A program made the position numbers and the translations under genes. A DNA stretch of 64,000 bases. It comes from Candidatus Latescibacterota bacterium. GTDB lineage: Bacteria > Latescibacterota > UBA2968 > UBA8231. Shown here piece after piece: positions 1 to 9,041 of the stretch; the stretch's first letter is position 1, and the number at the start of each line of letters is the position of its first letter. The stretch spans positions 5,152,001 through 5,216,000 of the forward strand of contig OZ244561.1 in assembly GCA_965217585.1 (NCBI GenBank), read 5' to 3'. The notes beneath the pieces were generated by a model. It saw nothing but the letters and a program-made list of their open reading frames with translations. It searched no databases and was not told where the DNA came from.

Positions 1-663
1 GACTTCTTTCGCGCCCGCGTACTCCTGCTCGCCCGCGCTTCCGTCGTAGGCCACGACCTCGTCGGCTGTGCCGTGGATTTGTAGCACCGAGACCGGGGAT
101 GCGAAGGCACAACGGGAAGGGTCGCTAAAGGAAGTACCGGCGAGGCTGACAATGGCAGCTAGCTTTGGGATACCTTCGCAGGCGAGTCGGTAGGACATGA
201 AGCCGCCGTTGGAATGCCCGAGGATGAAGATGCGCTCTACGGCGATATGCGTGGCGGCTTCTTCGAGTAGTCCGGAAAGGTACTGCACGTCATCGACTTG
301 GGTGTTGTGGAGGTCGCAGCAGAAGTCCGTGGCGTTCCAGAAGCGCTTGCCGTCGGGATCGCGCGTGCCATTGGCCATAATGAGGGCGAAGCGATCGTCG
401 TTCACCCGCTTTGCGAGGCCAAAATAGCGGTCGTGCTGGGCCGAGTGGCTGGTGAAGCCGTGTAGGCTGAGTACTAGCGGAAGAGGCGTCTCGGGGTCGT
501 GATCGGCAGGGAGGACCAAGAGGGCTGGGCGTTGGTCGCCTAACGTGTGGACGATGTGATTTTCGTTCAGATTGGCGACCAACTCGGTATGGGATATTTC
601 GCCGCAGGCGACGAGGGGCAACGATAGCAGAGCAGCAAAGATACAGATTTTGTTGTTCCGCAT
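1..663 (-). CDS. Lipoprotein alpha/beta-hydrolase, PHB-depolymerase/LpqC-like esterase (3' end runs off the window)
   Basis: Hand translation (not in ORF track): MRNNKICIFAALLSLPLVAC lipobox, LSLHG, WNATDFCC, GHSNGG nucleophile elbow, IHGTADEVV; AGGAGG RBS upstream. Confidence 0.85.
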   Translation of the reverse strand, partial: MRNNKICIFAALLSLPLVACGEISHTELVANLNENHIVHTLGDQRPALLVLPADHDPETPLPLVLSLHGFTSHSAQHDRYFGLAKRVNDDRFALIMANGTRDPDGKRFWNATDFCCDLHNTQVDDVQYLSGLLEEAATHIAVERIFILGHSNGGFMSYRLACEGIPKLAAIVSLAGTSFSDPSRCAFASPVSVLQIHGTADEVVAYDGSAGEQEYAGAKEV

Positions 664-765
664 ATCGACCCTCCTTTCCGTTCGCAATCTACAGACCGAC
701 GGCAACAAATCCCGTCCTAAACTCAGTTTTTAATCTACGGGATAAGAACAACAATGACCAACGCA

Positions 766-1794
766 CTAGGCGGCGAGCTCGCCCTTGCGATAGGCGCGAA
801 GGAAAGCGGCGCAGTACTCGTCTCGGCCTAGTAGCATATCCTCGGCTAGTTGGTAGGAGCGGGCTTGCCGATCGGTGGCAAAGAGGTCGGCCAGTGAGGT
901 GGTGGTCGGGTCCATGATCGCGCTGTCGGCACCGGCTTCGATGGCCAGCAGCAGGAAGGCATCGTTGATCAAGTGGCGGCAGGGCAGGCCGAAGGAGACG
1001 TTGGAGAAGCCACCGGTGATGTGAATTTCGGCACCTAGCTCGTCGCGCAGTTGGCGGATGGCATCAAAGGCGTGGTGGCCGAACTGCGCGTCAACTGAGA
1101 TAGGGAAAATCAGGGGGTCGATGTAGAGGTCAGAAAGCGGCAGGTCCAAGGCGAGGGCCTTGTCAACCATTTGTCGGGCGTGATCGATCCGCTCTTGCGC
1201 GCTTTGCGGCATGCCGGACTCGCCAGCCGCGGTGATGATGACTTGGGCGTTGTACCGTTTGGCCAGCTCTAGGGCTTCGGGCCGCTCTAAAGACGCGGAG
1301 TTGAGCAGCAGGCGCTGGGGGTGGTCGGCACCGGCTTCGAGACCGACGGCGAGGGTGTCTAGCTGAGAGGAGTCGATGGCCAGTGGCGTCGGCGACATAG
1401 CCGATACCGTCTGCACCAGCCAGCGCATGGCCTCTTGCCGCTCTGCGGGCTTGAGGGAGATCTCATCGACATTGAGGTCGAGGAAATCGGTGCCGGCCGC
1501 TTCTTGGCGCTGTACTTGGCGGCGGATGTAGTCGAGGGCATCCGCGTTGCCGAGCATGGCTTGTTGCACGGCGATCTTGAGGTGTTTGACGCGGCCTTCC
1601 TCGTAGTCTTGGGTTGTTTTGACTGCTTTGGGAATTTGGAGGAAACGGCGCTTGTTGTTGGCGTCGCGGAAGCGCACCGATTCGATGCCTTGGGGGTCTG
1701 CGCCGATGAGCTTGCCTTTGCGCAAGATGACGCGGGTGGTGTGGATGTTTTCGCCGATGACGACGAAGGGACGGTCCGTACCGGGGATGTTCAT
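766..1794 (-). CDS. Pterin-binding (dihydropteroate synthase-like) methyltetrahydrofolate:corrinoid methyltransferase, AcsE/MetH-domain-like
   Basis: VIGENIH, LDLNVD, LAIDSS, LLNS, YIDPL, GGFSNVSFGLP motifs; operon context. Confidence 0.85.
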   Translation of the reverse strand: MNIPGTDRPFVVIGENIHTTRVILRKGKLIGADPQGIESVRFRDANNKRRFLQIPKAVKTTQDYEEGRVKHLKIAVQQAMLGNADALDYIRRQVQRQEAAGTDFLDLNVDEISLKPAERQEAMRWLVQTVSAMSPTPLAIDSSQLDTLAVGLEAGADHPQRLLLNSASLERPEALELAKRYNAQVIITAAGESGMPQSAQERIDHARQMVDKALALDLPLSDLYIDPLIFPISVDAQFGHHAFDAIRQLRDELGAEIHITGGFSNVSFGLPCRHLINDAFLLLAIEAGADSAIMDPTTTSLADLFATDRQARSYQLAEDMLLGRDEYCAAFLRAYRKGELAA

Positions 1795-1808
1795 TGGTCT
1801 GCTCCAAT

Positions 1809-2219
1809 TTATTTTGGGGTATAAGTTACTTCGAGCTTGATACCGTCAGGGTCGAAGAAGAAAGTCGCGTAGTATCCCTCGCCGTACTCTGGACAGTCGA
1901 TGGGCGGGTCTTCGACATCCACATCCTCTAAGTTCTTGATCACCTCTTCGTAGATTCGTTCGACTTCTGCCCGTGAATCCACAGAGAATGCGAGATGGTG
2001 CAGCCCAGGCTTGCTCCTCTCATGTCGGCCCGCTTCCATAGTGCGGCCGATCAGCAGGATCATCCCATCCTTCTCGAATCGCAGTCTGTCGATTTCCCCT
2101 TTCTCTGTCAGCCGCGGGGACAATTCTTTGAATCTAAGCCCTTCTAACAAGGGCGAGTAGAATCTCGTCGCAGTATTCAGATCGGAGACTGATAGCCGGA
2201 TGTGATGGATAGCTGCCAT
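1809..2219 (-). CDS. VOC/glyoxalase family protein
   Basis: IHHIRLSVSD, GLHHLAF, YYATFFFDPDGIKLE. Confidence 0.9.
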   Translation of the reverse strand: MAAIHHIRLSVSDLNTATRFYSPLLEGLRFKELSPRLTEKGEIDRLRFEKDGMILLIGRTMEAGRHERSKPGLHHLAFSVDSRAEVERIYEEVIKNLEDVDVEDPPIDCPEYGEGYYATFFFDPDGIKLEVTYTPK

Positions 2220-2350
2220 CTATGCTTCGGTGTTTGTCATTGATGGTTGGTGCTACGTCGATCCTGCGTGACGGCCCACTGTCTGCCCTATTGGGTAGCA
2301 TCATCAGACGGGTCTATACGGGATGTAGCGGAATAGTCGATGATGCAGTA

Positions 2351-3910
2351 TTACTGCGAATCTTTCTTCTTCCCGCGATGATCTCTTTGCAAAAAGGCGT
2401 TGGCCCAGGCGCTGGTGCCCTGTAAGGCCGCGTCCTTGATGACGGTGGGGTGGTCGAGCATTTGTTCCTCTTCGCCGTAAGCCTTGAGGCGGTCGTACGC
2501 GCGCACCCAGATGCAGTCCTTGTCGCCGATTTCGCACTTGCCTTGGCGCGTACCGCCGCAGGGGCCGTTGCGCTGGTTTTTGACGCACTGCGATTCCGGG
2601 CACAAATAGGCGATGTCCGGCAGCGAGCAGTCGCCGCAGTCGCGGCAGTCAAAAGCAGCGATTTTGACTGCGTGCTCTGCGGTGTGTAGGGGCTTTTGCA
2701 GTTTCCCACCCTCGACTTTGCGCGACAGGGCCGCTCCAAGGCGAAACAGGGCCTTGCTTGGCTCAAAGACGCGGTCGTGGATTTGGCGATTGATCCTGTA
2801 CATTAGGGGAGCTCGGCGACGGCCACTGGGCGTCTTTGAGTCGAGATAGGCTTGGTTGACTTGGGCGGAGGCCAAGCCGGTGTCGGTGTCTTCTTCAAAG
2901 TAGAAGAATTCGCCGGGGCGCGAGTAGCGGATCTGGCGGGCAAAATCGCGCCAATCGTCAGCGCCGTACTGTGCGGCCAGTTCCAAAATGCGGTCGTATT
3001 CCTCAGCGCCGATGTGGCCCCCCAAGTACACGCCGCGATAGCCTAGGCCCCGGGCAATAGCGCATTGCTGGGCGGCGAATTCGAGGAAGAAGGCTTTGCC
3101 CTTGTCGGGGGAGGCGGCTTGCTTTTGCGCCACGGCGAGCAATTCGTCGGTGACTTCGACGCCGGGGATGCGGCCGGCGTGGAAGAAGCGGGCCACGCCC
3201 CCGGACAAGACGAAGACATTGGCGATGACCGGAACGTGGAGGCCGTGCAGGGTCATGTACTTGAGCAACTCGTCCTGCTTGCGGGCGTCGTAGCCGATTT
3301 GGTTGATGATGAAGCGGGCACCGGTGTGGATCTTTTTGGCCAGCTTGAAATACTGCGGCATGACCTCGGCTTCGAGCCGCTTGTGGTTGTTGACTACGGC
3401 ACCGAGAAAAAAGCGGGTGGGTTTTAAGGGACGCGGCTTGCGGCCTGGCGAGGCATCCTCAAAGCGCCCCTCGTTCATGTCGGAGAGCAATTGCAACAGG
3501 CCGACTGAATCGATGTCGAACACGCCGCCGGCCTGGCCTTGGTACCCGGCGATGGGGTAATCCCCCGACAGGGTGAGAATATTGTCGAAGCCCCCATTGG
3601 CCAGCTTCCAGGCTTGGCCCAGCAGTCCGTTGCGGTTGAAATCCTTGCAGGAGAGGTGGATGATGACTTCTTGGCCGCCCTCTTTGAGCGGAGTGCCCAG
3701 CGCGTCCGCGGTGATCATGGGATTGCCGCCGGGATTGTCGGTAATCGAGACGGCGTCAAAGCGCGGATCGGCAGCTAAGGTGCGGGCCATCTCCAGCACC
3801 CGCTTGCCACTGCGGTCGGCCAAGGTGCCCCGGGAAGTGACCAACTCGACGCAGGTAATAAAGCGATCGGTCTCCTCTAGCAGATGGCGCAGGGTAGCGG
3901 TTTTCTGCAT
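2351..3910 (-). CDS. metF: Methylenetetrahydrofolate reductase with fused C-terminal MetV-like Cys-rich domain
   Basis: SITDNPGG, IHLSCKDFN, LSGDYP, FIINQ; C-terminal CRDCGDC...CPESQCVKNQRNGPCGG...CE...CIW. Confidence 0.8.
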   Translation of the reverse strand: MQKTATLRHLLEETDRFITCVELVTSRGTLADRSGKRVLEMARTLAADPRFDAVSITDNPGGNPMITADALGTPLKEGGQEVIIHLSCKDFNRNGLLGQAWKLANGGFDNILTLSGDYPIAGYQGQAGGVFDIDSVGLLQLLSDMNEGRFEDASPGRKPRPLKPTRFFLGAVVNNHKRLEAEVMPQYFKLAKKIHTGARFIINQIGYDARKQDELLKYMTLHGLHVPVIANVFVLSGGVARFFHAGRIPGVEVTDELLAVAQKQAASPDKGKAFFLEFAAQQCAIARGLGYRGVYLGGHIGAEEYDRILELAAQYGADDWRDFARQIRYSRPGEFFYFEEDTDTGLASAQVNQAYLDSKTPSGRRRAPLMYRINRQIHDRVFEPSKALFRLGAALSRKVEGGKLQKPLHTAEHAVKIAAFDCRDCGDCSLPDIAYLCPESQCVKNQRNGPCGGTRQGKCEIGDKDCIWVRAYDRLKAYGEEEQMLDHPTVIKDAALQGTSAWANAFLQRDHRGKKKDSQ

Positions 3911-3917
3911 GGCCTTC

Positions 3918-5810
3918 TCAGACGGAGGCAGCGGTCAGTTCGCAGGGCATGGGTTTGAATTGGCAGCCCTCGACGAAGAGTTCAAAAAAGTCGGGGGTCG
4001 TCTCCAGTTCGACGTGCTCGACGCGCTTGGCCAGCGCTTCGATGCGGGCGCGTTTGCCGGCGGAGAGCAGCACTTCGCGCGCGCCTTGGACGGCGGCGTT
4101 GCCCACCTTGGCGATGCGCGCGGTGGGCACGGGGGCCAAGAAACCGATGTCGATGGCGGCTTGGACATCGACGTAGTTGGCAAAGCCGCCGGCGAGGTAG
4201 AGCTGTTGCACGTCGCCCGGGTCCAGGCCCAAGGTCCGCAAGACGATGTACTGGCCGCAGAAATTGGCGGCTTTGGCTTGGGCGAGGTTGGAGGCGTCGA
4301 GGCGCGAGAAGGTGATGCCGCGCTCGGGGACTAGCTCAAATTGGCGCTTTTTGTCGGCGAAGACGCCCTTGGGGGCCATTAAATCGTGGCGGCGCAACTC
4401 GGCGAGGAGGTCGATTAGCCCGGAGCCGCACAGTCCCGCCGGCGCGGTGGCACCGATGGTTTCCCACTGCCAGCGCGTGCCGTCCCAGCGGATGGACTCA
4501 ATAGCTCCGTCGCAGCCGGGCATACCATAGGTGATGCCGCCGCCCTCAAAGGCCGGGCCGGCCGGGCAGGAGGCCGCGACGAGACGGCCTTGGTGCGCGA
4601 CGACGACTTCGGTGTTGGTGCCCACATCGACCAGCATCGCGCTCTCGCTGGTAAGGTCCATATCGACGGCGACTAAGTCGGCGGCTACATCTGCGCCGAC
4701 GTGGCTGGCAATCAGCGGCAGCGAGTACGCGCGCGCTTTGGGATTGGCCTTCAGACCGAGGCGGCGAGTCTTTTCGACTAGGCTGGTCGCGGTGCGCTCG
4801 CCGCTTAGATATTCGTGCTCAATGCGCGATTTGTAGGGTTTTTGGCCAATGCTCTGCACGTCGAGGCGGAAGAGGATATCGCGCATCGTCGAGTTGCCGG
4901 CGACCACGATTTCGTAAATCTCCTGCCGCACAAAGCCGCCGCGCCGACAGAGGTTTTCGATTTCGTGGTTGAGCGCCTTGACCAAGGATTGGCGCAGCTC
5001 GCCGGGGTGTTGCCCGTCGTAGGAAATGCGGTGCATGATGTCGCTGCCGCCAAAGCGCTGTGGGTTTTCAAACGCGCTCAACTGCACGCTCTCGCCCGTC
5101 TCCAGATCGACTAAATCGAGGACGATGGTGGTGGTGCCCAAGTCGATGGCTAGGCCGTAGAGGTGGCCGCGGTACTGATCGACTTCCTCGTCGCCGTAGT
5201 AGATGGCTTGTCCGCGCCGCTGGACTACTGGGTCGATTTCGGCGGGGCGATCCACAGTCTGGGTCAGTATCCGGGGCGTGCGAAAAAGCGGTGCGAACTC
5301 GATATCCACATCGGCATCTTCGACTTTGGCTTGGCAGGCGAGCCGGAACTCGCCGCCGAGGAAGTCCTCAGCCGACGTTGGTGCGCTGAGGGCTTGTGCA
5401 CCGCTTGTGACCTCGACGATGCACTCGTGGCAGTGGCCGGTGCGCCCGCAGGAGGTAGGCACGCGGGCGCCGAGCTGATCCGCGTAGTCGAAGAGGGTGC
5501 CGCCGGTGGACAGCGGGTAGGAGGTGTTGTCGCAGCGGATTTGTCCGCGGCCGGGTGTGGACGGGCGTTGGTCCGACTCCCAGGCCGAGCGGTAGTCGAG
5601 CTGGTCGTCACTGCCGCACTGGAGCAGTCCACCCGGCTTTTGCGGCTTGCGCTGGTTGCGGCAGCCGAAGTGGGCGGTGCATTGGTCGAAGCGGTTCTTG
5701 TACGGGCAGCGGAAGGTCGCCTGCACGTCGGCGTGGGTGGCGATGCCCGCGAGGATGCCTGACAGGTGGTCGAGGCTCTTTTGATACTCTTGGGGGTCGA
5801 TTTGGGTCAT
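3918..5810 (-). CDS. ASKHA-type ATP-dependent reductive activator of corrinoid proteins (RACo/DUF4445) with 2Fe-2S domain
   Basis: SCGRTGHCHEC...RLACQ ferredoxin; AIDLGTTT, NPQRFGGSD, DVGTNTE, AGPAFEG, GLCGSG, LAGGF, GNAA. Confidence 0.9.
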   Translation of the reverse strand: MTQIDPQEYQKSLDHLSGILAGIATHADVQATFRCPYKNRFDQCTAHFGCRNQRKPQKPGGLLQCGSDDQLDYRSAWESDQRPSTPGRGQIRCDNTSYPLSTGGTLFDYADQLGARVPTSCGRTGHCHECIVEVTSGAQALSAPTSAEDFLGGEFRLACQAKVEDADVDIEFAPLFRTPRILTQTVDRPAEIDPVVQRRGQAIYYGDEEVDQYRGHLYGLAIDLGTTTIVLDLVDLETGESVQLSAFENPQRFGGSDIMHRISYDGQHPGELRQSLVKALNHEIENLCRRGGFVRQEIYEIVVAGNSTMRDILFRLDVQSIGQKPYKSRIEHEYLSGERTATSLVEKTRRLGLKANPKARAYSLPLIASHVGADVAADLVAVDMDLTSESAMLVDVGTNTEVVVAHQGRLVAASCPAGPAFEGGGITYGMPGCDGAIESIRWDGTRWQWETIGATAPAGLCGSGLIDLLAELRRHDLMAPKGVFADKKRQFELVPERGITFSRLDASNLAQAKAANFCGQYIVLRTLGLDPGDVQQLYLAGGFANYVDVQAAIDIGFLAPVPTARIAKVGNAAVQGAREVLLSAGKRARIEALAKRVEHVELETTPDFFELFVEGCQFKPMPCELTAASV

Positions 5811-5830
5811 GGGTGCGTGAGGCCGTTGGC

Positions 5831-6583
5831 CTATAATTCCTTTAGTTCAGGCCATTTAATTTTTTTCTGGCTCGACGAATCGCAAAGAATCAATCCGCCT
5901 TGTGACGCGATTTGTTCAAGAGTTAAGTCGGTCAAAATTGGGGCAATGTGCTGTATCAGATCGCCATACATGGATTCAACGAGATTTTTTGTTTGATGGT
6001 CCACTGAGATCCTCCTCACAGGAACCCAAATTTTGCCGTGAAGCTGTTTAAGTTCCTCGGTAGTTGCTGACGATACGTTGAAGACTGATTTCTCATCAGA
6101 AATAGTACAGATAACTTCTATCCACGGGTTTTCAGAACGCCACTTGGGCGGCTCTGGCGACGCGAACAGACGCATGGCTCGTTCTGCGAGTGCCCGATAT
6201 TCTCTCGTTTCGTGCCCTTGCAAACCATACGCGATACCAAATTTAATGGCCATGTCTGGCGCAGTCTTGGTAATCGGGTAGTGAATCTTTTTGATGTCTG
6301 GTTCCATAAGGTCGAGGAATTCTTGGATGCGCTCTTTATCGAGATCTTCCCCGCCAACTATATCAATAAAGCTGAGAACTGAGCTGCCACCCGGTACTAG
6401 ATCCACAGATTCAGCGACGAGTTTTCCTATATTCTCATGGACTATCTGGTCAACGGTTTCTTCCCTATTAAACCGCATATTTTTGGGCAGATCATTCTCG
6501 AGGTGTCGATGTAGGAAGGCATTGATGCCAACTTCGGCCTTGTTGCCTTTTATTCGCCGAATTCTGTGCGCAGTGAGATACAT
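5831..6583 (-). CDS. Hypothetical protein (250 aa), third gene of inserted cassette
   Basis: Long ORF in AT-richer DNA; ATG overlaps upstream stop (TAATG). Confidence 0.75.
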   Translation of the reverse strand: MYLTAHRIRRIKGNKAEVGINAFLHRHLENDLPKNMRFNREETVDQIVHENIGKLVAESVDLVPGGSSVLSFIDIVGGEDLDKERIQEFLDLMEPDIKKIHYPITKTAPDMAIKFGIAYGLQGHETREYRALAERAMRLFASPEPPKWRSENPWIEVICTISDEKSVFNVSSATTEELKQLHGKIWVPVRRISVDHQTKNLVESMYGDLIQHIAPILTDLTLEQIASQGGLILCDSSSQKKIKWPELKEL

Positions 6584-6846
6584 TAGGCCACATCCTTGAA
6601 GACTAAACTTCGAATCTCGCTTAATGTCTCCATCGGTGATTCGTCGTTATCGTCATTATCGCGAATGAGAGACTTCGTTCCTTCGCGGTACAGTACCTGC
6701 TGTTCTTCTTCGCTCAGTTCGTACCAGAGCTCTTCCATAGCGTCGAGGATGGGGTCCTCTGCCTCGGATTCCAAGCCTGCATATTGCCAACGGATATAAA
6801 TGAGATCCGCTTCTAGGGATCGGTATCGCTGGAGGGCATCACTCAT
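6583..6846 (-). CDS. Small acidic hypothetical protein (87 aa), candidate immunity/antitoxin
   Basis: Start MSDALQRY overlaps upstream stop (ATGAGTGA); strongly acidic; directly downstream of toxin-like gene. Confidence 0.65.
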   Translation of the reverse strand: MSDALQRYRSLEADLIYIRWQYAGLESEAEDPILDAMEELWYELSEEEQQVLYREGTKSLIRDNDDNDESPMETLSEIRSLVFKDVA

Positions 6847-7234
6847 ATTTCGCCCATTTCTCTTTAGTGTCGTGTAAGTTCTGTTCAAACTCCTCGAACA
6901 AACAGCACTGTGCTGGCTCAATAAGCGCGTGAGTCGGCGTATCTCTACGCAGGTTCAAAGCAGGAGACAAGTTCGGTACTTGCAGATAAAAAACAGGATC
7001 GCGTCCTTCACCTCCCAAGGATTTGGGCAATCGCATCGGCGGTAGCCGCATAGGATCGTCTGGGGTTACGGACATTCCGCCTGTCTGGGGATGGACCTTT
7101 CCGGCGCGAATGGGGATGTCGATTCGCGGCCCGCAGATGCGAACGCCCAATGTTCTCGCCGACCGTCCCGTTAGAGGCTTGCCATTGGGGGCCTCTCTCA
7201 TAGCTCGAAAGATAATCCGCACGCTGCTACTCAT
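6839..7234 (-). CDS. Tse2-like ADP-ribosyltransferase-fold toxin family protein
   Basis: IFRAM, LGVR..DI...G.VHP.TGGMSV, HALIEP...F.Q.L..TK..W pattern resembles Tse2-family ART-like proteins; ATG overlaps the corrinoid gene end. Confidence 0.6.
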   Translation of the reverse strand: MSSSVRIIFRAMREAPNGKPLTGRSARTLGVRICGPRIDIPIRAGKVHPQTGGMSVTPDDPMRLPPMRLPKSLGGEGRDPVFYLQVPNLSPALNLRRDTPTHALIEPAQCCLFEEFEQNLHDTKEKWAKYE

Positions 7235-7982
7235 CGTCAATTTCGTTCAGCAAGTCCTTGGCCAAGGATACGCAAGCGAGGGCGTCTTTGCCATAGCCGT
7301 CGGCCCCCATGTCGTCGGCAAATTCTTGGGTCACGGGTGCGCCGCCGACCATGATTTTGACGTCGTCGCGCAAGTCGGCGTCGATGAAGGCCTCGATGGT
7401 CTTGCCCATGTTGGGCATGGTGGTGGTCAACAGGGCCGACATGCCCAAGAGCGGAGCTTCGTGCTCTTCGACTGCGTCGATGAACTCGTCTTCGGAGGTA
7501 TCTACGCCGAGGTCGTGGACGACGAAGCCGGACCCGCGCAGCATCATAATGCACAAGTTTTTGCCGATGTCGTGCAGGTCGCCCTTGACCGTGCCCATGA
7601 TCACAACGCCGACGGGCTCGACGCCCGAGGCCGAGAGAATAGGCTCGATGTGGGCCATGCCGGCCTTCATGGCGCGGGCGCAGGCTAACACTTCGGGGAC
7701 AAAGATGAAGTTTTCGCGGAATTTGATGCCGACAATGGCCATGCCGGCGATCAGCCCGTCGTCCATGACTTCGATGGCTTCCACGCCCGAGGCAATGGCT
7801 TGGCCGGTCAGCTCGTCGACTGTTAGGTGGTCGCCGTCGATGAGGGCCGCGGCGATGTTTTGCATCTGTTCGCTGGCTTGGGCAAAGAGGCTGATGATGC
7901 GCTCGCGCTCTTCGTCGCGCTCGATGAACTCTTCGATCTCTTCACGGATAAATTCGTTGGCGATGTCGGTGATGTCTGCCAT
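7227..7982 (-). CDS. Corrinoid (cobalamin-binding) protein
   Basis: Cap domain GLIAGMAIVG..F....FVPEV; GTVKGDLHDIGKN (DxHxxG), SALLTTT, VGGAPVT; start set at MADITD. Confidence 0.93.
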   Translation of the reverse strand: MADITDIANEFIREEIEEFIERDEERERIISLFAQASEQMQNIAAALIDGDHLTVDELTGQAIASGVEAIEVMDDGLIAGMAIVGIKFRENFIFVPEVLACARAMKAGMAHIEPILSASGVEPVGVVIMGTVKGDLHDIGKNLCIMMLRGSGFVVHDLGVDTSEDEFIDAVEEHEAPLLGMSALLTTTMPNMGKTIEAFIDADLRDDVKIMVGGAPVTQEFADDMGADGYGKDALACVSLAKDLLNEIDDE

Positions 7983-7995
7983 GGGGTCTCTTCTT

Positions 7996-9030
7996 CTAGT
8001 TGCGAGCTTGGTCCCGGTGCCACTCGTGCACCGTACGAGGGATAGCCTTGAGGTTTTCGATGGAGGTCTGCAAGGGGATGGCGCACTCCGGGCCGATGAG
8101 CTGGACGCCGGCTTCGAGGTTGCGCAAGACTTCGGCACTGACGACTTCCGGCCCCTTGGAAAAGAGGGTCTCGGGGTTGTTGATATTGCCTACTAACGAG
8201 ATGCGGTCGCGCACGATCTGGGTGGATTCCTCGGGCGTGTTCTTGGAGTCGTAATGGAAGGCCGCCATGCCGGTTTGAGCGATGTACTCCATGCGGTCAA
8301 CCGTGCGGCCGCAGATGTGGAGGATGATGGGCACGGACAGCCGCTCGGCAAACTCGATGTGCAGGTCGCGCAAATAGCGCTCGTAATACTCGCCGCTGAC
8401 GAGGTCGCCGGTGGCGTGGTCGGGCAGGGTCAGGGCGTCGGCACCGGCCTCGATCTGCGCCTGGCCAAATTCGATGGTGATCTCTTTCATGCGGTCGAGG
8501 CAGAGCTTGGTCTTGCCTGGGTCGTCGAGCGACAGCAGCAGAAAAGGCTCGACCCCGAAGCAGTGGTAGCCCAGCGACCAAGGCCCCATGGTCTTGCCGA
8601 CGATGGCAACTTCGTCGCCGTATTCCTTGCGCAGGATCTTGATCGCCTCGGTGACGCAGGCCGTGTCGGGATGGGTGCAGAGATCGGCGGGGATTTTGAT
8701 GTCGTCTGGCTCGTGCCAGATTGGCTCGCTCATGCGGACGGTGGGCCAGTTGTCCTTTTGCTCCCACTGGATTTTGCACCCGAGGGCCGAGGACTCTTGG
8801 ATGATGGTGAAGACCGGCATGATGGTGTCAAAGCCCAGCTCGGTGTAGCCGGTGGCAGCTAGCCGTGCCATGAGTTCGGGCTCGCGATTGGCCGCGGGAA
8901 AGGGGGCATCGACGAGGTCCATCAATTCGACGGTGGCCAACGAGGTCGGGTTGCAGAGCGGGGTGCGATCCACAGGCTGGCGGGCGAGGGCAGCGAGGAC
9001 GCGCTCGCGGCTGGTCATCGAAGCGGGCAT
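7996..9030 (-). CDS. MtaA/CmuA family (URO-D superfamily) methyltransferase
   Basis: MTSRERVLAAL, Zn ligands LHICG and GPECAIP, GNINNP; adjacent corrinoid protein. Confidence 0.88.
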   Translation of the reverse strand: MPASMTSRERVLAALARQPVDRTPLCNPTSLATVELMDLVDAPFPAANREPELMARLAATGYTELGFDTIMPVFTIIQESSALGCKIQWEQKDNWPTVRMSEPIWHEPDDIKIPADLCTHPDTACVTEAIKILRKEYGDEVAIVGKTMGPWSLGYHCFGVEPFLLLSLDDPGKTKLCLDRMKEITIEFGQAQIEAGADALTLPDHATGDLVSGEYYERYLRDLHIEFAERLSVPIILHICGRTVDRMEYIAQTGMAAFHYDSKNTPEESTQIVRDRISLVGNINNPETLFSKGPEVVSAEVLRNLEAGVQLIGPECAIPLQTSIENLKAIPRTVHEWHRDQARN

Positions 9031-9041
9031 GATAGACTCCT

